Shown here: positions 17,355 through 25,653 of the stretch, piece by piece
Layout of the letters: the number at the start of each line of letters is the position of its first letter
Numbering within the stretch: position 1 is the stretch's first letter
From: a virus
Lineage: Duplodnaviria; Caudoviricetes
Length of the DNA: 42,567 bases
Reading direction: 5' to 3' (one strand)
IMG/VR virus record: IMGVR_UViG_3300049564_000008
Location: 1-42,567 of that record
The notes under the pieces: generated by a model
Databases searched by the model: none
The model's input: only the letters and a program-made list of their open reading frames with translations
What the model was told of the DNA's origin: nothing
Program-made: the position numbers and the translations under genes

Positions 17355-17576
17355 TTATTCAACTCTGCAAGTTTCAAGGGCAGAAGCCAGATTCCGAAGA
17401 TAGATCGGCACTGCCTTGATAACAGCCTCGTCGCCGCGCTCGATGGCGTCAGCCAGGCGCCTCATTGTAGAAGCCTCTCCCAAGGCTTCATCGCCACGGA
17501 TAAAATAACCGGGCCAATCTCGTATCAAATCCAGCGGCCCGGTTTCAATCCTGTCTATGCTTCCAATGTTCTGCAT
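17355..17576 (-). CDS. Hypothetical protein, 73 aa
   Basis: TGATG coupling to the TerL stop; DWPGYFIRGD motif. Confidence 0.6.
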   Translation of the reverse strand: MQNIGSIDRIETGPLDLIRDWPGYFIRGDEALGEASTMRRLADAIERGDEAVIKAVPIYLRNLASALETCRVE

Positions 17577-19081
17577 CAGTATGCCTTGAAGCTCTCTGTC
17601 GCAGTCACGTCGAGCCGTTTGTACCCGCTCGCGTTCTTAGGCTTCTCGGGCGCGCGCGGGTTCTGCCCCTCGGTCATCTTGTCAAGCAGCTGACCAACCA
17701 GCCCGAGCGCATCAACCTGATCGTCATGCTTTCCCGCGGGGAAGCTCAGCAGCTCGCTCCGCAGCGCCGGATACCAATCCTCGTGGATCGGCACGTAAAG
17801 CCCCTCCAGCGCCATCCTGCCGCGAATGGATTGCGCCCTGACCGCCTTGTCGCATCGCGTTGGAAACGCCTCGCGGCTCACATAGGCTTTGCGTTCGCGC
17901 TGGCGCCGGTCGAGATAGGGTCCGATACCGGATCGGATCTGCCCCTGCTCCTCGGCCCAGCCGATGGGCTTCCAATGTTTGACAAGATCACAGAAAGCCT
18001 CGATCCAATCGTCTGAAGCTGTTTGATCTCGCCACAGATCGAGCAGGTACATCCGTCCGTCGGGGTCAAGGCCGACAACACAATGCACGGTGAAGTCACC
18101 CCCATCAGCCGTAACTGCATAATCTGAACCACCGTAAATCCGCATGGTTCCGATTGCTGGGGCTTTGTCATAGGGCTTGAGCCATTCCGTCTTGAAAAAG
18201 TCACCCTCTTCCGGTGCTGGCCGCTGCTGATACAGCGCCGACCAGTCGCGCGCGCCGACGGCGCGGCGCTTGCGTGCCAGCTCCTCAATGTCTTCCCATT
18301 CCGGCCAGAGAGCTTCGCCCGGCAGTCGTCCGAGCGGGTCGTCTTGCTCGGCTAGAGCTGGCAGCGAAATGACTTCCCATTGATCCCCGCCGGCAGCAGC
18401 ATCGGCAAGGAGTCGGCCGGCAAGATCGTCCTCGCTCCACCTGGTTTGGATTAAAACTATACGGCCGCCGGGTTTAAGGCGGGTATAGAGATCGGACTTA
18501 TACCAGTCCCATGTTTTATCACGGACTAGCTCGCTGTCGGCATCCTCTCGGCTGCGAACAGGGTCGTCAATAATAACCAAGTCTGCGCGTCGACCGGCAA
18601 TAGCTCCGCCGACGCCGGCAGCAAAGTACTCTCCACCTCGACCAGTTTCCCATCGGCCAGCCGCCTGACTGTCCGGTGCAAGATCCAGTCCGAGGACGAG
18701 GGCGTGTTCTGCGATGAGATTTCGAACACGGCGTCCCCATTTCTCGGCAAGCTCGGCCGTATGAGATGCTGCGATCACGCAATGGTCGGGATAGCGCGCC
18801 AGATACCAGGGCGCGTACAGGATCGATGCGTAGGTGGATTTAGCTGCACCCGGCGGCATGAACACGGCCAGCCGGTCGATGTCGCCGCGCGTGACGGCCT
18901 CGAGCCGATCGATCAATAGCCGATGATGACGCGCGGGCTCGAAGCCTGCAAATTGGCACCAGTCAGTTAAGTTGCGCCTTATCCGGCTGTTCCTCAGCCG
19001 CAGCGCCATTTCCCCCATCCGCCGCAAGCTCTCGCCGGATGAGTTCTCTAATTTCTCGATCTGCGAAGCTGTCAAGTTCAT
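17576..19081 (-). CDS. terL: Terminase large subunit (exact start uncertain; may be ~19018 or ~19009)
   Basis: Walker A-like MPPGAAKST; GGAIAGRRADLVIIDDP (Walker B); QTRWSEDDLAG; LYQQRP; nuclease motifs SDYA and FPAGKHDDQVDAL. Confidence 0.95.
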   Translation of the reverse strand: MNLTASQIEKLENSSGESLRRMGEMALRLRNSRIRRNLTDWCQFAGFEPARHHRLLIDRLEAVTRGDIDRLAVFMPPGAAKSTYASILYAPWYLARYPDHCVIAASHTAELAEKWGRRVRNLIAEHALVLGLDLAPDSQAAGRWETGRGGEYFAAGVGGAIAGRRADLVIIDDPVRSREDADSELVRDKTWDWYKSDLYTRLKPGGRIVLIQTRWSEDDLAGRLLADAAAGGDQWEVISLPALAEQDDPLGRLPGEALWPEWEDIEELARKRRAVGARDWSALYQQRPAPEEGDFFKTEWLKPYDKAPAIGTMRIYGGSDYAVTADGGDFTVHCVVGLDPDGRMYLLDLWRDQTASDDWIEAFCDLVKHWKPIGWAEEQGQIRSGIGPYLDRRQRERKAYVSREAFPTRCDKAVRAQSIRGRMALEGLYVPIHEDWYPALRSELLSFPAGKHDDQVDALGLVGQLLDKMTEGQNPRAPEKPKNASGYKRLDVTATESFKAY

Positions 19082-19316
19082 TGCGAACCGTTACCGTTGA
19101 CTCCTGCTTTGGCTTGCCATCGAGACGGTCGCCAATTTCCTTCATGGCTTGGAGATCGCCGTTCTCTGCCGCGGTGACACATTTCTCGGCGATTGCGAGC
19201 AGCCGACGCTTTCCCTTTGTGTCGTCTCGGGAAACGACGATGCGCAAAGCATCGGCCCAAGGCTTGTCGTTCGGCCGTCCTGCTGGGTTTCCTGACTTAC
19301 CTGGAACGAATGTCAT
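18963..19316 (-). CDS. terS: Terminase small subunit (DUF5681-like N-terminus), 117 aa
   Basis: FVPGKSGNPAGRP start; GDLQAMKEIGDRLDGKP; directly upstream of TerL. Confidence 0.75.
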   Translation of the reverse strand: MTFVPGKSGNPAGRPNDKPWADALRIVVSRDDTKGKRRLLAIAEKCVTAAENGDLQAMKEIGDRLDGKPKQESTVTVRNELDSFADREIRELIRRELAADGGNGAAAEEQPDKAQLN

Positions 19317-19344
19317 TGCTTGCTATGAACCGTTAACCTGTTGA

Positions 19345-19494
19345 TCACTTTCCGCGCTTACCACTTGACCTATTTGACTTTCCGGCTTTGCTGAGGGCGA
19401 TTGCCACAGCTTGTTTCTGGGGTTTGCCGGCGGCGATTTCACGTTTGATGTTGGTCGACACAGTTTTGGGGGAGGAACCTGATTTGAGTGGCAT
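19345..19494 (-). CDS. Small basic phage protein, 49 aa
   Basis: MPLKSGSSPKTVSTNIKREIAAGKPQKQAVAIALSKAGK is a recurrent phage motif near terminases; AGGTGA RBS before ATG 19494. Confidence 0.75.
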   Translation of the reverse strand: MPLKSGSSPKTVSTNIKREIAAGKPQKQAVAIALSKAGKSNRSSGKRGK

Positions 19495-19815
19495 TTTATC
19501 ACCTGATGCTTTCCGCCAGATGCTGCGAACCTTGTTCATCGCCAGCCGGCGCCCGACGTTCACGATCAACAACAGTTTATTTTCATGGGATGAGTTGCGA
19601 CAGATGCGCTGTGCGGCCCTGAGAGCACGGTGCCGGATCTGCTGAAGCTCCAATTCGGCTTCTGCTCGAACCTTGGGGTCGGCTTCGCTCCAGTTGCCTA
19701 CCTGACCGATCGCGGGATATCGCATGGCGTTTTGTCGGCTGATCATAACTGATTATAACCTCTGATGGGGGTTATGATCAAAGCGTCCGAACTGGCCAGT
19801 TTGGGAAAAACTGGA

Positions 19816-19898
19816 GACCTCAGCCGCGATGTAATTCGCTCGCGGGCTTCCTGGGGGGGATCGCTAGTGGGACGAGCGAAGCGCGCCGGGCTGAGGTC
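19816..19898 (-). promoter_or_regulatory. Long nested hairpin in the late-operon leader
   Basis: GACCTCAGCC (19816-25) pairs with GGCTGAGGTC (19889-98); inner TTCGCTCG pairs with CGAGCGAA; a U-run follows on the minus strand. Confidence 0.45.
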
Positions 19899-19923
19899 AG
19901 CGGTGATGGGGTAGCACAATTTG

Positions 19924-20481
19924 TCAGTGTGCATTTTGTGTTTGCACCGATTTCGGGTGTGATGTCAACCCGAAGTGTATTGCGAGGGCTGCCAGCCCCA
20001 GCCGTAGTGGTTCGATCTGGTCGTCGACGATTTGTTGGTCGTGCACTGCCACGCGATCGACTATGACCCCGATGTGATATCTCCCGATCGCATTCAGGGC
20101 GCGAAAGTAGCGGGTCTTTCGATCGGAGCACTCGCAGAAGCGTTCCGAAACGAGGCACGCGAGACCGGGGCAGTCATAGCCGCGGCCCGAGCCGTTGAGG
20201 CCGTGCGGTCCGCCGCTGACGGAGCGATATTTACCCACCACGATACCGTACCGCCTCCCAGCTTCGTACTCGAGGTCACTGATGCGGTTTGTCAGGTTCA
20301 GGCTCCCCAACACCGTCCCGGCCTTTTCGCTCAACCGGTGGGCTTCTGGCAGCCAATGGCGGTGCGGCTGTGCGGCGGCGAGGGTCTGGTAGTTGACGTG
20401 GACACGGACGAGTGCACCGGACGGGGTGCGTTTGCCGCTTTTGCGCTTGCGGCCCTTGCGGTTGAGCGCCGGGGTGCTCAT
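19924..20481 (-). CDS. Putative late-gene regulator (Q-position, DUF6456-like), 185 aa
   Basis: Basic N-terminus; LGSL.LTNRISDLEYEAGRRY; C-terminal LRLGLAALAIHFGL; last early gene before the terminase operon. Confidence 0.55.
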   Translation of the reverse strand: MSTPALNRKGRKRKSGKRTPSGALVRVHVNYQTLAAAQPHRHWLPEAHRLSEKAGTVLGSLNLTNRISDLEYEAGRRYGIVVGKYRSVSGGPHGLNGSGRGYDCPGLACLVSERFCECSDRKTRYFRALNAIGRYHIGVIVDRVAVHDQQIVDDQIEPLRLGLAALAIHFGLTSHPKSVQTQNAH

Positions 20482-20723
20482 GCTACAGCCCGCAGCAAGG
20501 CGGAATACCGAAATTTGACGGTTTCCCGCAGCCCGCGCCGCATAATTTCCACCATTGCCGCGGAATCTCCGTCCTCGAGCAAAATCACATACGGTTCCAT
20601 CACGTCCGGAAATTCGCGCACGGCAATATCGAAAGTAGCCCAGAGGTGCGCTCTCGCCTCCTCCTCGGTCCAGTCGCTCACCGGCATCTGGTCGAGTTCG
20701 GAGAGGGACCTCACGGAATCCAC
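20478..20723 (-). CDS. Hypothetical protein, 81 aa
   Basis: Overlaps both neighbours in operon fashion. Confidence 0.55.
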   Translation of the reverse strand: MDSVRSLSELDQMPVSDWTEEEARAHLWATFDIAVREFPDVMEPYVILLEDGDSAAMVEIMRRGLRETVKFRYSALLRAVA

Positions 20724-21286
20724 CGCTTTTGCCGCATCACGGCCCGGAGCACCGGACTCGCAATTCCGGGCTCCGGGCTCGCTTTCCTTTCTTCCTCGGA
20801 TGACTCCTTCGCGGCGTCATAGGTGGTAGTAGTTATCTTCTTATGTGATTGTATGCCCGTTTGCTTAGCAATTGCTTGATCGACAAATCTCGACAGGTTG
20901 TTTTTCTTGCGACTGAGAAGACCTCCGCGATGACCAGCTAAAGCTCTTTTATCGCTAATGGAATTGGCTTTCTCGATCTCTAAATCGAGACGCTTGTGAT
21001 GCCAGCAATTGCCAAGCAATTGCTTAGCATTTGCTGTACAGGGTTGAGCCAAATTTGGCTCAAACGCCCTCAGTTCAAAAAAATGGCTGAGCTTTTTCCA
21101 TGTTCTCGGAAAGTTGCGCCGCTCGATACAGGTAATCCGCGAAAGCTGTCCAAGATCATCCGGAAGCGGGCCGTTGCTCCAATAGTGCATGATCAGAAGT
21201 AGGTAGGCACCATGCTCCCGCGTCGTTAACTGGTGCGTGTCCCGCAGATAGTCGCCGATATAGAGCGGCATCCAGAGACGACCCAT
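20711..21286 (-). CDS. Replication initiator-like protein (DUF1376/YdaU family), 191 aa
   Basis: WMPLYIGDYLRDTHQLTTREHGAYLLLIMHYW...LSRI...WHHKRLDLEI; GGAGG RBS before ATG 21286. Confidence 0.85.
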   Translation of the reverse strand: MGRLWMPLYIGDYLRDTHQLTTREHGAYLLLIMHYWSNGPLPDDLGQLSRITCIERRNFPRTWKKLSHFFELRAFEPNLAQPCTANAKQLLGNCWHHKRLDLEIEKANSISDKRALAGHRGGLLSRKKNNLSRFVDQAIAKQTGIQSHKKITTTTYDAAKESSEEERKASPEPGIASPVLRAVMRQKRWIP

Positions 21287-21441
21287 CACGGTGCCTCCCC
21301 GGGCATGCAATCGCCGCAGCACCACCACATCAGCACGGACCATTCGCCATGCGTGCGGCCGAGCGTGCCGGCGTAACGCCAGCCATGATCCAGCCGGGCG
21401 GCAACCTCGTGGTGGCGGATGTAGCGGAACATGCCGGTCAT
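21286..21441 (-). CDS. Hypothetical protein, 51 aa (not in ORF track)
   Basis: MTGMFRYIRHHEVAARLDHGWRYAGTLGRTHGEWSVLMWWCCGDCMPGEAP; ATGA and TGATG overlaps at its two ends. Confidence 0.65.
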   Translation of the reverse strand: MTGMFRYIRHHEVAARLDHGWRYAGTLGRTHGEWSVLMWWCCGDCMPGEAP

Positions 21442-22178
21442 AAGGCAAGTTCCCCCTGTCGGAGGGGCGCAGGACGGTCAATGAACATGTCGGGCTGGCG
21501 TGTTGCCTCATCGATCCGCCGACAGGCAATGTCGAAATACTTCGGCTCGATCTCGATCCCGATGAACTTGCGGCCGAGCTTGACGGCAGCAACGCCCGTT
21601 GTGCCGGAACCCATGAACGGATCGAGGATCGTTTGACCACTCAGCGACGCCAGATCGACCAGCCACACCATGAATGCGATTGGTTTTGGACATGGATGAT
21701 CAATCAAGTTCTCACCGGTGACGTGCATGCCTGGGTGATACATCACTGTCGCGGTTGGACGACCACCTTGACCGACCTGCATATGTGGAGACGTGCCGTA
21801 GAACAGAACGGGATGGTGGCAACCGAAACCCCATGACGACATTCCGCCGCCGTTGGGGCATGTGATGCCACCGATATCCTTAGCTTTTGGATATTCGTCT
21901 AGGCGGCGGGTGCCGGTAAAGATTGCTGCGCGATCGGCGGTTTTCAGCGCAATCGAGATTGCCGGCAGGATCATCTCACGGAAGTTTTGTTCCGTATCGA
22001 GGTATGCTGCGCCGCCGCTATTGTTGGTATGCTTTGTTACCTTGCCGGTAAATCCAATCCCATACGGCGGATCAGTCACCACTGCATCGATCTTGCCGAG
22101 CATCGGCAATATCTTCCGACAGTCGCCGAGATAGAGCGTCACGCCTTCGGCTATGGTCTCAACGCGGTCGGCCATCAC
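21438..22178 (-). CDS. DNA methyltransferase, N6-A/N4-C, beta class (copy 1)
   Basis: LYLGDC; VVTDPPY (motif IV); HPCPKP; ILDPFMGSGTTG (motif I). Confidence 0.92.
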   Translation of the reverse strand: MMADRVETIAEGVTLYLGDCRKILPMLGKIDAVVTDPPYGIGFTGKVTKHTNNSGGAAYLDTEQNFREMILPAISIALKTADRAAIFTGTRRLDEYPKAKDIGGITCPNGGGMSSWGFGCHHPVLFYGTSPHMQVGQGGRPTATVMYHPGMHVTGENLIDHPCPKPIAFMVWLVDLASLSGQTILDPFMGSGTTGVAAVKLGRKFIGIEIEPKYFDIACRRIDEATRQPDMFIDRPAPLRQGELAL

Positions 22179-22588
22179 GAACCCTCGTCCGCCCCGCCTT
22201 CCTGCCCGACCGCCGTCATCCAGGCCGCTATCGCAATGTCGCCCGCAGCGCGCAGCCGCATTGCCTCCCCGTGCCAGCTCTCGGCAAGAATGTTGCGGCG
22301 CACAATCTCCTCTTCCCGGCTTCTCAGTTCCTCGCGCAACACATCAAGCTGCGCGCTCATCCTGGCGTTGGCGTCGTAGAGTTCGTTGCGCTCCTTGGTC
22401 AGCGCCTCGAGCCGCCGGCGATCCTCCGCGATCGAATAGATCGTGGCCTCGGCCTGCCGGTCAAAACGGTCGTCAATGCGTGCCGGAACTGGCACTTGAC
22501 TGTCGTCAACACGAGCCGGCGGTTCCGATTCGTTCCTCGCAACGATCCGTGGCGCAGGACGGGTCGCCGGCGGATTGGGTGGACTCAT
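22175..22588 (-). CDS. Coiled-coil hypothetical protein, 137 aa
   Basis: GGAGG RBS before ATG 22588; heptad-rich middle region. Confidence 0.6.
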   Translation of the reverse strand: MSPPNPPATRPAPRIVARNESEPPARVDDSQVPVPARIDDRFDRQAEATIYSIAEDRRRLEALTKERNELYDANARMSAQLDVLREELRSREEEIVRRNILAESWHGEAMRLRAAGDIAIAAWMTAVGQEGGADEGS

Positions 22589-22997
22589 GGTTGCCTCCGT
22601 TGAGCAGTTGGTGAATTTTGGCTTTGGTGACAGGCGAGAACGAATAGCCCTGGTCATAGCGGTTATCGATTTTGATCCCGAAAGGCTTCAACACCGTCCG
22701 CATCCGCGAAATGAGAACGCGCACGGTTCTCACGGGGTTAGTCGGCCCGCCATTAGGACGGCCGGAATACAAAAGGGTCAGGATGGATTCGGTCGACACA
22801 ACGGTCCGAGACAATAGCGCCGTAAAGACTGTGCCGGGCGATGGCGCCAGACCGAAGGGAAATATCTCGATGTCGGGAAGTCCGTTGATCTGTCGCATGG
22901 CCGACAGTTGCGACCGAAGCTTGTGGACCTCATCAACAAGCCGACGGTTTTCCGCCTCGAGCCGCAGGACGTGGCTGGATGCGACCCCGGGCGTCAT
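22506..22997 (-). CDS. Coiled coil plus OmpR/PhoB/CtrA-type winged-helix DNA-binding domain, no receiver domain, 163 aa
   Basis: VSTESILTLLYSG...RTVRVLISRMRTVLKPFGIKIDNRYDQGY resembles Trans_reg_C. Confidence 0.7.
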   Translation of the reverse strand: MTPGVASSHVLRLEAENRRLVDEVHKLRSQLSAMRQINGLPDIEIFPFGLAPSPGTVFTALLSRTVVSTESILTLLYSGRPNGGPTNPVRTVRVLISRMRTVLKPFGIKIDNRYDQGYSFSPVTKAKIHQLLNGGNHESTQSAGDPSCATDRCEERIGTAGSC

Positions 22998-23359
22998 GCG
23001 GCTGTGCCTTTCAGAAGGCCCCAGGACTCCAGTGTGTGCAGCGCTTCATCAATGCCGTTGGCAACCGTGCCTTCTCCGCCCTGTGCGCGCACATCGTGGA
23101 TGAATGAAATCTGCGCTGGCGTGGCCCTGCCGCCCGGCCCCTTGATCTCAAGCGCGTGGAACTTGCCGCGGTGCAGCGCCACGATGTCGGACACGCCGGC
23201 ACGGACGCCCAGGCTCTTTGCGATGCCACCCTGAACCCGCCCCCGCCGCCCTTTGACATGCACCGCGTTCGGGACATGGAAAAACACCAGACCGGGCGCC
23301 CCGCGCAGTCGCAAATGCGTAACGACCGCTTGGTGAATCAATTGCTCGGCGCGCTGCAT
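22994..23359 (-). CDS. VRR-NUC / PD-(D/E)xK nuclease (possible Holliday junction resolvase), 121 aa
   Basis: FFHVPN...LGVRAGVSDIV...ALEIKGPGGRATPAQ. Confidence 0.85.
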   Translation of the reverse strand: MQRAEQLIHQAVVTHLRLRGAPGLVFFHVPNAVHVKGRRGRVQGGIAKSLGVRAGVSDIVALHRGKFHALEIKGPGGRATPAQISFIHDVRAQGGEGTVANGIDEALHTLESWGLLKGTAA

Positions 23360-23371
23360 GGCGACGCTCTG

Positions 23372-23836
23372 TCAGCGTGTGAACTTTGTGTTGTAGGCAA
23401 TCTTGGCATGCCGTTCGCAATAGGATCGCACCGCGACCTGCATGCCGCAGACCCACTGAGCGGGGCTGTACTTAACTAGCGGCCACGCGCATTGATCCGG
23501 CTCCCGGTCAATGAACAGCACAGCATCCAGCGATTCATCCGGTGGCAGGTCTACTATCGCGTCGGCATCGGGGGGGGAGGGTGGCTCGCGCTTGATGGCC
23601 TGCAGCATCGCCCCATCCGCGCGTCCGTCGTTGAGACGAGCCGGCCTCGGCTCAGTTGGCGGTCGATGTCGCAACGCAATCCCGAGACGGCAGAGCTTGC
23701 CGCTTACGGCGTTGCGTGACAGACCGCCGATCCTGTTCGCGATCTGGCGCGGCGTCAGCCCGCTTGCATGCAGGGCTACGACCTGTTCGATGCGCTCTGG
23801 CGTCCAGTCGAAATTCCGCGCGCTGTTATGGCCCAT
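23372..23836 (-). CDS. gcrA: GcrA-family cell-cycle regulator homologue, 154 aa
   Basis: DWTPERIEQVVAL..SGLTPRQIA.RIGGLSRNAVSGKLCRLG N-domain; CAWP...CG...SYCERH C-domain. Confidence 0.85.
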   Translation of the reverse strand: MGHNSARNFDWTPERIEQVVALHASGLTPRQIANRIGGLSRNAVSGKLCRLGIALRHRPPTEPRPARLNDGRADGAMLQAIKREPPSPPDADAIVDLPPDESLDAVLFIDREPDQCAWPLVKYSPAQWVCGMQVAVRSYCERHAKIAYNTKFTR

Positions 23837-24593
23837 GATTATTCCCATTTTTATAGAATGGCTCGGCCCAGATTGTCGCGAACGTCTCTTGCGATGCGGG
23901 TAGCGGCGCTCCCCTGATGAACAGATCGGGCTGTCGCGTCGCCTCCTCAATCCGCCGACACGCGATATCGAAATAGCGCGGCTCAATCTCAATCCCGATG
24001 AATTTGCGGCCAAGCTTCACGGCGGCAACGCCTGTGGTGCCAGAGCCCATGAAGGGGTCAAGAATAGCCTGCCCCCTGATGCGCTGTAGGCACCACATCA
24101 TCAGTCCTATCGGCTTCTGTGTCGGATGTGCCGTGACGCCATTGTTCTCGGCCATTCGTGACGGCGGCGGAAACTGCTCGTAATGGACGTAGACGCCGTG
24201 ATTGTGCTTCTGCCACCCAATTTCAGCATCTGACAAAAACGTACCAAAAAGATGCGGTGCCTTCTTAAGCCAAATCAGGGTCGACCCGACCGGAAGGCGT
24301 TGTGCATAATGATTTGCGCCCCAAACGATACACTCCGAAAATGCGAGCCAGGGCGATGGATCAAAGGGTTCGACATCCTGCCTGATGTCACCCCAATCGT
24401 TGCGGCCATCGCCTCTCCCGATTTCGCGCTGTCCGCCCGTGAATCGAGTGCTATCAGTGTCCCAGCCCATCCCATACGGCGGATCAGTCACAACCGCATC
24501 GACCTTCCCGAGCGTCGGCAATATCTCCCGGCAGTCGCCGAGATACAGCGTGATGCCATCGGCTATGGTCTCAACGCGATTCACTTCCCTCAC
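23826..24593 (-). CDS. DNA methyltransferase, N6-A/N4-C, beta class (copy 2; start may be GTG 24584)
   Basis: VVTDPPY; HPTQKP; ILDPFMGSGTTG; termini nearly identical to copy 1. Confidence 0.92.
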   Translation of the reverse strand: MREVNRVETIADGITLYLGDCREILPTLGKVDAVVTDPPYGMGWDTDSTRFTGGQREIGRGDGRNDWGDIRQDVEPFDPSPWLAFSECIVWGANHYAQRLPVGSTLIWLKKAPHLFGTFLSDAEIGWQKHNHGVYVHYEQFPPPSRMAENNGVTAHPTQKPIGLMMWCLQRIRGQAILDPFMGSGTTGVAAVKLGRKFIGIEIEPRYFDIACRRIEEATRQPDLFIRGAPLPASQETFATIWAEPFYKNGNNHGP

Positions 24594-24826
24594 CTACTTC
24601 CGGAGCGATCCAGAGCGCCAAGTCGGCGCATCTGTTGCCTAACCTGATCAATCGTCTCGCAATGGAAATCCGGATCGATCTGATCAAGACGCGATTCGAG
24701 AATCTCCAGCCGGATCTTGAGTTTGTGAAATTCATCGCACGCCGCTTCCCTGCGTTTCTTGTCGAGCACAGTTTCGCTGGCTGGGGTATCTGTCGGACGC
24801 ATGGCTAGCTTATTCTCGGGCCTCAT
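24590..24826 (-). CDS. Hypothetical protein at the CII position, 78 aa
   Basis: Follows cro; helical LKIRLEILESRLDQIDPDFH segment. Confidence 0.55.
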   Translation of the reverse strand: MRPENKLAMRPTDTPASETVLDKKRREAACDEFHKLKIRLEILESRLDQIDPDFHCETIDQVRQQMRRLGALDRSGSR

Positions 24827-24850
24827 GCCGGGAACGGTTATTTGGAGGCG

Positions 24851-25060
24851 TCATTCCGCCGCCTCGGCCTGTGCAACAAACTTGTCGATCGGGATTCCGG
24901 TTTTCTGGCTGAGCTTGGCAGCCCGGGCCAGAGAGGGAATGCGGCTCCCGGTTTCGTATCGGGACAGCGTCGGTTTCTTGAGGTTCAGCTCTCTCGCCGC
25001 AGCCTCTTGGGTGAGGCCACGGCAAGACCGCCAAACCCTGAGCGGGTGGTCGGCTTTCAT
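24851..25060 (-). CDS. cro: Cro-like XRE HTH protein, 69 aa
   Basis: LRVWRSCRGLTQEAAARELNLKKPTLSRYETG; divergent from the cI-like gene. Confidence 0.85.
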   Translation of the reverse strand: MKADHPLRVWRSCRGLTQEAAARELNLKKPTLSRYETGSRIPSLARAAKLSQKTGIPIDKFVAQAEAAE

Positions 25061-25069
25061 GACTCAACA

Positions 25070-25086
25070 GTTACCTTAGTGGAAAC
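25070..25086. promoter_or_regulatory. Operator 1, inside the predicted cro promoter
   Basis: GTTACC-TTAGT-GGAAAC; minus-strand TTGTCT-N17-TAACTG ends 7 nt before the cro ATG, suggesting a leaderless mRNA. Confidence 0.7.
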
Positions 25087-25139
25087 CGGAAGACAAGCGC
25101 AGGTTTCTATTTTCGCCGACGCATTTGTGATAATGGCGG

Positions 25140-25156
25140 GTTACCATTTCGGTAAT
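25140..25156. promoter_or_regulatory. Operator 2, overlapping the cI start
   Basis: GTTACC-ATTTC-GGTAAT; extended -10 TGtGATAAT at 25126-25134. Confidence 0.65.
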
Positions 25157-25496
25157 GCCGCCTAGAATTGGACCAAAGAGACCCGTCAGGGTGTTTCTCA
25201 CGGCGTGGCGCGAAAATGCCGGTGTGAGCCAAGAGCAGCTTGGCAATCGCATACAGCCGCCCGTTGACAAGGGCACCGTATCCCGCTGGGAGAATGCACC
25301 GCCGGGCAGACTAACGCTTGGGGTCATCGCCGCCTTTGCCGAGGCGCTTGACCTGCATCCGACGCAGCTCTACCGCCCTCCGCCGCCCAAGGATGCCGGC
25401 CCGAGCCTCGAAAGCCTGATTGCCGACCTCGATGAGGACGGCCGCAGCCGCACAATCGGCTACGTCGAGGGCCTGAAAGACCGCAAAGCCTCCTAG
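25155..25496 (+). CDS. cI: CI-like XRE repressor lacking an S24 peptidase domain, 113 aa
   Basis: LTAWRENAGVSQEQLG...DKGTVSRWE HTH; divergent from cro and bracketed by operators. Confidence 0.8.
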   Translation: MPPRIGPKRPVRVFLTAWRENAGVSQEQLGNRIQPPVDKGTVSRWENAPPGRLTLGVIAAFAEALDLHPTQLYRPPPPKDAGPSLESLIADLDEDGRSRTIGYVEGLKDRKAS

Positions 25497-25579
25497 AGCG
25501 ACCGGCGAATATTCAGCACACCGATTCTCGCCGGTGCGGGTGCATTTTTTGCCTTGATATTTCAACGCATTGTAAAATA

Positions 25580-25632
25580 GTTGCCTTAGTGGCAACTTTT
25601 CCTATTGCCTTTAGTTTCCATTATGGTAACCT
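25580..25632 (+). promoter_or_regulatory. Operators 3 and 4 and a PL-like promoter
   Basis: GTTGCC-TTAGT-GGCAAC (25580-96) and GTTTCC-ATTAT-GGTAAC (25614-30); -35 TTGCCT at 25605, -10 TAACCT at 25627. Confidence 0.7.
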
Positions 25633-25653
25633 CCGGGTCATAGGGGACACCAA

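Noticed and set aside
21438-24593. Restriction-modification system, or naming the MTases ccrM
   Set aside because: No cognate restriction enzyme (VRR-NUC is a usual phage resolvase-type gene); the proteins are shorter than CcrM and specificity cannot be read by eye.
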